A stretch of 64,000 nucleotides of DNA from an uncultured Bacteroides sp. Its GTDB lineage: Bacteria; Bacteroidota; Bacteroidia; Bacteroidales; Bacteroidaceae. The translations under genes and the position numbers were made by a program. Shown one piece after another: positions 57,789-64,000 of the stretch. Location of the stretch: assembly GCF_945607605.1 (NCBI RefSeq), contig NZ_CALYZE010000004.1; one strand, given 5' to 3'. Position 1 is the first letter of the stretch. Each line of letters starts with the position of its first letter. A model generated the notes under the pieces. That model was not told where the DNA came from. It was given only the letters and a program-made list of their open reading frames with translations, and did not search any database.

Positions 57789-58646
57789 TTAATTAAAAAT
57801 CACCGTTTTATTCTTATACGCCAATACTTTACGTTCAATATGTTTTTGAACAGCACGAGAAAGAACTATTTTTTCCAAGTCTTTCCCTTTATTCACCAGA
57901 TCACTCACTGTATCTTTATGAGTAATGCGAACGACATCCTGTTCGATGATGGGGCCTGCATCCAATTCCGTAGTAACATAATGACTCGTAGCTCCTATGA
58001 TCTTCACACCTCGTTCAAAGGCTGCATGATAAGGTCTTGCACCCACAAATGCCGGGAGGAAAGAATGATGAATATTTATAATACGATTGGGGTATGTATT
58101 AATCATTTGTTCCGAAATGACCTGCATATAACGTGCCAATACGATAAAATTCACCTTATATTTAGTCAGCAATTCCATTTCTTTTTGTTCCTGTTCAGCC
58201 TTTGTTTCTTTAGTAATAGGGAAAAGATAGAAAGGAATACCAAAACGTTCTGCAACGTGTTGTAAATCGGGATGATTACTGATAATAAGGGGTATTTCCA
58301 CATTCCATTCCCCTGCCGTATAACGCGCCAATAAGTCGAACAAGCAATGCGACATCTTCGAAACAAAAATGGCCATGCGAGGCTTCGTGTCCGAAAAATA
58401 CAGTCGGAAGTTCATGTCATATTTCTGTGCATATAAAGTAGCGAAATAATCTTCTATTTTTTCTTGAGGCACCAGAAAATCGGTCAGTTCCCATTCAATA
58501 CGCATAAAAAAAATATTCTCTACATGGTCTACATATTGATCTAAATAGATAATATTACCTTTATTCACCGTTATAAAGTCTGTTACTTCTGCCAATATCC
58601 CCGGTTTGTCGAGGCAATGAAGTAGCAGTTTGGCTGTTTTCATCAT
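57789..58646 (-). CDS. purU: Formyltetrahydrofolate deformylase
   Basis: 285 aa. N-terminal ACT domain and formyl-transferase core IINIHHSFLPAF. Confidence 0.9.
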   Translation of the reverse strand: MMKTAKLLLHCLDKPGILAEVTDFITVNKGNIIYLDQYVDHVENIFFMRIEWELTDFLVPQEKIEDYFATLYAQKYDMNFRLYFSDTKPRMAIFVSKMSHCLFDLLARYTAGEWNVEIPLIISNHPDLQHVAERFGIPFYLFPITKETKAEQEQKEMELLTKYKVNFIVLARYMQVISEQMINTYPNRIINIHHSFLPAFVGARPYHAAFERGVKIIGATSHYVTTELDAGPIIEQDVVRITHKDTVSDLVNKGKDLEKIVLSRAVQKHIERKVLAYKNKTVIFN

Positions 58647-58958
58647 TTTAAAATCTTGTTTTTTACTATGTTCTTATTTGTAACATCCTCGCTTAGAGTT
58701 CGCAAAAATAACAATTTATTGCAAAAGAATAAACTTTTCAAACAAGAAGTTTAAAAGTAAGCTCAAAATGTTTCGTTTTCTCCAAAAAGAGGTACTCTAA
58801 CGAGCATTATAACCACCGAAAAACTTAAATCTAAATAAATATTAAACTGCAATATCTTTTATTTACACAATCCTCTCACTATGAGAGGATAATGAAGCAG
58901 CCAAGAAAAACATCTAAAAAAAACTGATGAGAGCTATTGCAGGTTTAAAAGAAATGCC

Positions 58959-58966
58959 TACATTTG
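58959..58966 (+). promoter_or_regulatory. -7 box (TACATTTG) for tRNA-Asp
   Basis: Matches the consensus, 45 nt upstream of the tRNA 5' end. Confidence 0.4.
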
Positions 58967-59010
58967 CAACCGCAATCGAGAGAGATGGCCTCGCAAGAGA
59001 ATAAAAAAAT

Positions 59011-59084
59011 GGTGCGTTAGTTCAGTTGGTTAGAATACATGCCTGTCACGCATGGGGTCACGGGTTCGAGTCCCGTACGCACCG
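59011..59084 (+). tRNA. tRNA-Asp (anticodon GTC)
   Basis: Hand-folded cloverleaf. Acceptor GGTGCGT/ACGCACC. Anticodon stem CATGC/GCATG with loop CTGTCAC. T-arm ACGGG-TTCGAGT-CCCGT. CCA is not encoded. Confidence 0.95.
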
Positions 59085-59100
59085 CAAAAACAATTAATTA

Positions 59101-59146
59101 AGACAAAGCTCTGAAATATTGAAATTTCAGAGCTTTGTCTTTTTAT
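59101..59146. terminator. Strong hairpin terminator after tRNA-Asp (also faces the 3' end of proX)
   Basis: 17-bp perfect stem agacaaagctctgaaat/atttcagagctttgtct followed by TTTTTAT. Confidence 0.75.
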
Positions 59147-59291
59147 ATCTTCTATCCTTCTGCCTCAACCTGTTTTTGTAAACAAACATAAAGGAGAAGT
59201 GTATTTTATGATCGTTGTAAAGTTCATGCTTCCTCACCGATACGTTTTAATTGAAAGTTAACGGGATGTACTCCATCATTACAGCATACGA

Positions 59292-60155
59292 TTATTTCTT
59301 CTTCATTTCAGGAATCCAACTATCTACTAACTTTCTATGTTCTGACACCCATTGGCGGACGACGTCTTTTTCTGTGCCGCGTGTTTCTTCTATAGCCCGC
59401 ATTAAAGAGCCTATTTCTGAATCTGATAAATGAATGTTTCCTAACAAAGAAGCAACCAAAGGATATTGCTCGCTGAAGCCTTTACGAGCAATAGCATGTA
59501 TGCTTTCGGATGTACCATAAATATTCTTGGAATCTGCCAGTACTTTTAGATTAAAACGGTCAAACATCCAATGAGGAGTCCATCCGGTAACCACAATCCA
59601 TTCTCCTCGGTCTATGGCTTTTTTCAGTAAGGCAGTCATGGCAGGTCCGCTTGAAATCATCAATTCATAATCCAAACCATATTCCAAGATTCCTCTTTCT
59701 GTATGTTTCATAATGCCAGTGCCGGCATCAATACCCACTATTTCGCCAGAGAATCGCTCGGTATGTTGATTCAATTCCTCGATCGTCTGAATGGGTACAT
59801 AATCTGGCACAACCAACCCGATACGAGCACTATCATAGACCTGTCCCAAAAATTCCAGCTTGCCGTCATACTTCTTGAAATAATCAGCATGAGTCGCAGG
59901 CAACCAACTATCCATAAACACATCCGCTTTCGCACGTGCCAATGAAGCAAAGATAGGTGCTACGTCGGCATTCAATAGTTCTACCTGATATCCTTGTTCT
60001 ACCAATATTTCTCTTGCCAGATAAGTCACTGCTATACCTTCCGCCCAATTGGTGTAGGCAATACGTATTTTATTATCAGACAAGTGCCCGCATGAGGTGA
60101 ATATCATCACACCTGCAAGCCATACTATAAAAAAACTTATTTTGTTTATCTTCAT
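59292..60155 (-). CDS. proX: Glycine betaine/proline betaine ABC transporter substrate-binding lipoprotein
   Basis: 287 aa with a lipoprotein signal ...IFTSC. OpuAC-type fold pattern (NWAEGIA..., GWTPHWMF). Last gene of the proVWX order. Confidence 0.85.
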   Translation of the reverse strand: MKINKISFFIVWLAGVMIFTSCGHLSDNKIRIAYTNWAEGIAVTYLAREILVEQGYQVELLNADVAPIFASLARAKADVFMDSWLPATHADYFKKYDGKLEFLGQVYDSARIGLVVPDYVPIQTIEELNQHTERFSGEIVGIDAGTGIMKHTERGILEYGLDYELMISSGPAMTALLKKAIDRGEWIVVTGWTPHWMFDRFNLKVLADSKNIYGTSESIHAIARKGFSEQYPLVASLLGNIHLSDSEIGSLMRAIEETRGTEKDVVRQWVSEHRKLVDSWIPEMKKK

Positions 60156-60182
60156 CTCTTCCTTTCCTTGGTTTAGACCCTT

Positions 60183-60998
60183 TTATTTTCTTCGTGCCAC
60201 TCCTTGAGTGATACGGTCAAGCACAATCGCCAAGATGACCACGGCAATACCTCCTTCAAAGCCGAGACCTATCTTCATTTGGGTAATTCCTTTCAATACG
60301 ACCTCACCCAAACCTCCGGCAGAAATCATGGCAGAAACTACTACCATGGAAAGAGACATCATAATCGTTTGATTAATACCGGTTAATATAGTCGGTAATG
60401 CTAATGGAAGTTCTACTTTAAATAACAATTGGCGAGGCGTGGCTCCAAAAGATTTTGCCGCTTCTACCACACTTTTTGGAACCTGTCTAATACCCAATGA
60501 CGTAAGACGAGCGACAGGAGGTAAAGCAAAAACAACGGTAGCAAAAGCACCCGGCACAGTTCCCAAACCAAAGAATAATACCGCCGGTATTAAATAAACA
60601 AAGGCAGGCATGGTTTGCATACAATCAAGCAAAGGTTGCAGGGTTTTATTGCAACGATTACTGTTAGCCATCCAAATGCCCAAAGGGATACCCAATAACA
60701 AGGCCATACTAGTGGCAGAAATCACCAAAGCCAAAGTCTGCATCGTTTCTTCCCAAAATCCCATACCATAGATAAGGAACAATCCCAAAAGAGTGAAGAT
60801 TCCCGTTCCCTTACCACTTTTATACCATGCCAGAACTGTAAGTGCCGGTATTAATAGATAAAAAGGTACTCCTGTCAAAACAAATAAAATTCCGTCAATC
60901 ACACCTTCTACACCTATACTTAACCAGTCAAAAAACGAAGCACCATGTTCAGTCAGCCACTCCACTGCTATTTCAATATATTCTCCTATCTTAATCAT
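60183..60998 (-). CDS. proW: Glycine betaine/proline ABC transporter permease
   Basis: 271-aa multi-pass protein. EAA-type loop (EAAKSFGATPRQLLFKVELPLA). Confidence 0.9.
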   Translation of the reverse strand: MIKIGEYIEIAVEWLTEHGASFFDWLSIGVEGVIDGILFVLTGVPFYLLIPALTVLAWYKSGKGTGIFTLLGLFLIYGMGFWEETMQTLALVISATSMALLLGIPLGIWMANSNRCNKTLQPLLDCMQTMPAFVYLIPAVLFFGLGTVPGAFATVVFALPPVARLTSLGIRQVPKSVVEAAKSFGATPRQLLFKVELPLALPTILTGINQTIMMSLSMVVVSAMISAGGLGEVVLKGITQMKIGLGFEGGIAVVILAIVLDRITQGVARRK

Positions 60999-62227
60999 AA
61001 TTCTATTGCATTTTGAATGATTTCTTTAATTTCTCCTTTATCCTTTCCCGTCACTTCGATGATCAGTGATGACAATGGCACTACCCCTTCAAATTCACGA
61101 TTTTCATTGACCACCCAGATGGGAGAATTAGTTTGGGTCATTAATGGCAAGATATCCTCTACCACCGTGTCGCCCAATACTGAATGAACTTCATTTCGTA
61201 CAACAGAATCAATAGTCAGCACCCGTTCTTTACGAAGTCGAACCAGATCTTTCAATCGGACTTCCCCCATCAATATGCCATCTGCATCGACTACAGGAAG
61301 CACTGTGAGTTTTCGCTCCTTCATTTTCCGAATCAGCACCTCCGGTCCTTCCTTGCCCCACCTTGCCACTAAAGGCTTATCTGCCATGATGGATGAAGCT
61401 GTGACGATTCTGCTTCGATCTACATTCTCCACAAAACACTTCACATAGTCATTGGCCGGTTCGGTCAAAATTTCTTCGGAAGTACCTATCTGTTGTATTT
61501 CTCCATCACGCATGATTGCAATACGATCTCCCAGTTTGATGGCTTCTTCTAAATCGTGCGTAATGAATAAGATAGTCTTTTTCATCTTTGAATGCAAAGC
61601 TAACAACTCGTCCTGCATCTGTACTCGTATCAGAGGATCGAGAGCTGAGAACGCCTCGTCCATCAGCAATACTGCCGGATCATTGGCCAAAGCACGCGCC
61701 AATCCCACCCGTTGTTGCATACCGCCCGAAAGCTCGTTAACCATTTGATTTTCATAACCATTTAAGCCCACAAGACGCATACTTTCCAAAGATTTCTGTT
61801 CACGTTCTTTCTTTTCTATATTTTGCAATTCCAACCCAAAAGCAATATTTTGCAATACAGTGTAATGAGGAAGCAATCCGAAATGCTGGAAAACCATGGC
61901 CAGTTCCTTTCTGCGAATGGAGCGTAACTCCTCTTCGGTGGCTTTGGCTATATCCCGACCATTAATTAATATTTTCCCAAATGTAGGTTTGTTCAGTCGG
62001 TTGATGCATCGGATCAAACTGGACTTACCGCTACCAGACAGTCCCATGATCACAAAGATTTCTCCTTTTTTTATGGACAAATTTACGTTATTTACCGCAA
62101 TAGTACACCCAGATTCTTTCAATATCTCATTTTTACATTTTCCGCTCATCAGCATCCTAAAAGCTTTATTCCTTTCACGACCGAAGATCAGGAATAGTTT
62201 TTTAATTTCAATTATATTCTTATCCAT
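60995..62227 (-). CDS. proV: Glycine betaine/proline ABC transporter ATPase with tandem CBS domains
   Basis: 410 aa. Walker A GLSGSGKSS, signature LSGGMQQR, Walker B LLMDEAFSALD. CBS pair at the C-terminus. 4-nt overlap with proW. Confidence 0.9.
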   Translation of the reverse strand: MDKNIIEIKKLFLIFGRERNKAFRMLMSGKCKNEILKESGCTIAVNNVNLSIKKGEIFVIMGLSGSGKSSLIRCINRLNKPTFGKILINGRDIAKATEEELRSIRRKELAMVFQHFGLLPHYTVLQNIAFGLELQNIEKKEREQKSLESMRLVGLNGYENQMVNELSGGMQQRVGLARALANDPAVLLMDEAFSALDPLIRVQMQDELLALHSKMKKTILFITHDLEEAIKLGDRIAIMRDGEIQQIGTSEEILTEPANDYVKCFVENVDRSRIVTASSIMADKPLVARWGKEGPEVLIRKMKERKLTVLPVVDADGILMGEVRLKDLVRLRKERVLTIDSVVRNEVHSVLGDTVVEDILPLMTQTNSPIWVVNENREFEGVVPLSSLIIEVTGKDKGEIKEIIQNAIEL

Positions 62228-62701
62228 AAATTTTTAATAATATCTTATATTTATATTGAATGGTATAGTTCGATTGTTGGCATCTGCAAAAAATCGTCCA
62301 GGTAAGCGAAGGACTTTCAGAGTCGTTTCATTCTCAAACTCGCCTAGAAGTTGAGATTGAAAAATAATTACTGACCGTTTATGACACAATGACGGTAGTA
62401 CGAAACCTTTAGAAAGATTATCTTAAAAAACGGAATTTACATTCAGCCGGAATTCATTATCGCGAAAACATGAAAGGCTAAACGAAATTTATTGCCATCA
62501 AAAATGACGGCAGCAACAAACATTCTTCATGTCACATAAAGCGATGTTTTGAGCAAAAGAAAATGTCCGATGCTGATTAATAAGAATGACTTCTGGAGCA
62601 GGACTTATGCGGTTTTAAGAAAGGATGAAAAGTATCCAATGCGCAATGATAAAAAATAGAATTTAAACCTTTAAAAACAACAGTTCTCGCCTGCAACTTT
62701 G

Positions 62702-62709
62702 CAAAGATA
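62702..62709 (-). promoter_or_regulatory. -7 box (TATCTTTG on minus strand) with a TTTG 20 nt upstream; candidate proVWX promoter
   Basis: The minus strand reads aatTTGGttatctcattgttttttacTATCTTTGcaaag. This would give a leader of about 465 nt. Confidence 0.45.
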
Positions 62710-62773
62710 GTAAAAAACAATGAGATAACCAAATTAAAACAAATCAGGCCACTCTTGACCATTGCCTCTTCTT

Positions 62774-63913
62774 TTAGCCCCGGCGGCTTGAAGAAGAGGA
62801 ATAATATCCTTGCATATTCATTTCACAAGCTGTAAAATAATTATATTTTTCTTCCTCTATTGGATAATCCCAGCAACCAAGTTGATGAAAGATTTTTCCT
62901 CCGAAACCGTGCTTAAATTTATAAAGACCGTGCATGGGATGAGAGGGATTTGGAGTGGGAGCAATTCCAAACATATCATATTCACAACAATTATTTTCTT
63001 TAGCAATTTGTATCGCTTTCCACTGAAGAGCATAAGTAGGCATCACATTACGCATCATTGAAGAAGAAGCTCCGTAAAGATACGTGGCACGATGTGCGGA
63101 AAGTACCAAGAACATGGCTGCCAGCGGAACATCATCATAATAGGCAATCATCAATTTTACATTGACGCTACTGTCCTGACAATCCATTTTCGAAGCAAAC
63201 ACATTGCGGAAATAGTGAATATCATTCAGATACAGCCCATTTCTTAAAGCCGTTTCCGTATAAAGGTCATACCACGTTTCCAATCCTTCTATCCCCACAG
63301 ATCTCACGTCAACCCCCTTACGAAGAGCCAATCGAATATTATAGCGAGGTTTCGGCTTCATACGATTCAGCAGAGTGGTTTCATCTTGCGTTAAGTCAAG
63401 AACAATCGTATTGGCCGGCAGAATATTGGTATTGGCTTTCCTTAAATTGTGATTGCAGGTGCCATAATTCAATTTTATTTCCTGAAATTCTTTTCTAGGC
63501 AAACCAAGCCAATTGCCTTCAGCATCAAAATCTTCCTCTCTACACCAGTGAGACTCCCAATTCAAGTCATAACGCAAGGATATGCAATGTTTGGGCAAAT
63601 AAGACTTTAACATTTCCGACAATTCTTCCAAGAATGCGCCTTGGTTTATTTCCGAAGGTTCAGTCTCCGGGCCATAGGGAATATAGGCAAGATAATCTTT
63701 ATCATTAAGGTATTGGAAAAACATGATAAAGTCAGCATGGGTGTACGAAAAGCCACCCACTTCAGAGTAAATGTCACTGTTTCGGACAGAAAATTCAAAA
63801 GCACAAGAATTCATTCCCAAACGTTCCTTTACTTTGGACCAAAACGATGTCTGCTGAACGATAGGGGTGCTGTAAGCATCAATAATATCTTTAGATTCAA
63901 TTCGAAGATTCAT
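62774..63913 (-). CDS. FemAB-family peptidoglycan aminoacyltransferase-like protein
   Basis: 379 aa. Block YLYGASSSMMRNVMPTYALQWKAIQIAKENNCCEYDMFGI resembles the FemABX acceptor/tRNA-dependent transferase core. Confidence 0.65.
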   Translation of the reverse strand: MNLRIESKDIIDAYSTPIVQQTSFWSKVKERLGMNSCAFEFSVRNSDIYSEVGGFSYTHADFIMFFQYLNDKDYLAYIPYGPETEPSEINQGAFLEELSEMLKSYLPKHCISLRYDLNWESHWCREEDFDAEGNWLGLPRKEFQEIKLNYGTCNHNLRKANTNILPANTIVLDLTQDETTLLNRMKPKPRYNIRLALRKGVDVRSVGIEGLETWYDLYTETALRNGLYLNDIHYFRNVFASKMDCQDSSVNVKLMIAYYDDVPLAAMFLVLSAHRATYLYGASSSMMRNVMPTYALQWKAIQIAKENNCCEYDMFGIAPTPNPSHPMHGLYKFKHGFGGKIFHQLGCWDYPIEEEKYNYFTACEMNMQGYYSSSSSRRG

Positions 63914-63930
63914 AATAACATAAAAAAATG

Positions 63931-63938
63931 CAAAGGTA
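63931..63938 (-). promoter_or_regulatory. -7 box (TACCTTTG on minus strand) for the FemAB-like gene
   Basis: The plus strand reads caaaggta, 18 nt upstream of the ATG at 63913. Confidence 0.4.
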
Positions 63939-64000
63939 AGGATTTAAAGAAAGAAAAGCAAACTTACTCTTGAAACTGAGATAACCTTTTGCCTGCACTT

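Noticed and set aside
62228-62700. c-di-AMP (ydaO-type) riboswitch upstream of the osmoprotectant transporter.
   Set aside because: The leader lacks the G-rich conserved cores (GGGGA/ACGGGG, CCGAAUCC-type) I remember for that class. It is kept only as an unclassified long-leader finding.
62577-62762. 61-aa ORF on the minus strand between the FemAB-like gene and proV.
   Set aside because: It overlaps the predicted proVWX promoter box and has a hydrophobic, low-complexity composition with no motif. It is probably not translated.

Overview
The window looks like a Bacteroidales (Bacteroides/Phocaeicola-like) chromosomal segment. Supporting signals are TAnnTTTG -7 promoter boxes, a hybrid two-component regulator, BACON-like repeats, lipoprotein type V pilins, and families I recall as DUF3575/DUF3868/DUF4494/DUF3127. 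All family names come from motif recognition by eye; no searches were run.

About 80% is ordinary housekeeping:
- an exported murein-peptide module, RNase P RNA, ribE and glnS
- tpx, yggS, folC and ridA
- rlmB-recN-coaBC-exonuclease-dnaN, and murB
- tdh/kbl and ferritin
- lysA-lysC-ftsE-hisIE-hisF-hisA-hisH-purU
- tRNA-Asp, proVWX, and a FemAB-family gene

One accessory stretch spans about 11.9-25.0 kb. In order it contains:
- a 630-bp element bounded by 63/64-nt inverted repeats, carrying an IS66 Orf2-like fragment and four 22-bp-phased 11-mers
- an orphan lipoprotein gene
- a DUF3575 / DUF3868-OmpA-like gene pair
- a 0.9-kb non-coding spacer
- a four-gene type V (FimA/Mfa-like) pilus operon
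- a PhoU remnant abutting glnS

The most unusual gene is a 1117-aa pilin-like lipoprotein. It appears to fuse a pilin N-terminus to a lectin-like (Fibrobacter major paralogous type) module and three BACON-like repeats. The neighbouring hybrid two-component protein has lost its phospho-accepting His and its G-boxes but keeps an intact receiver domain.

I saw no CRISPR array, rRNA, prophage, intact transposase or recognisable defence system. I cannot claim a wholly new system beyond these candidates.
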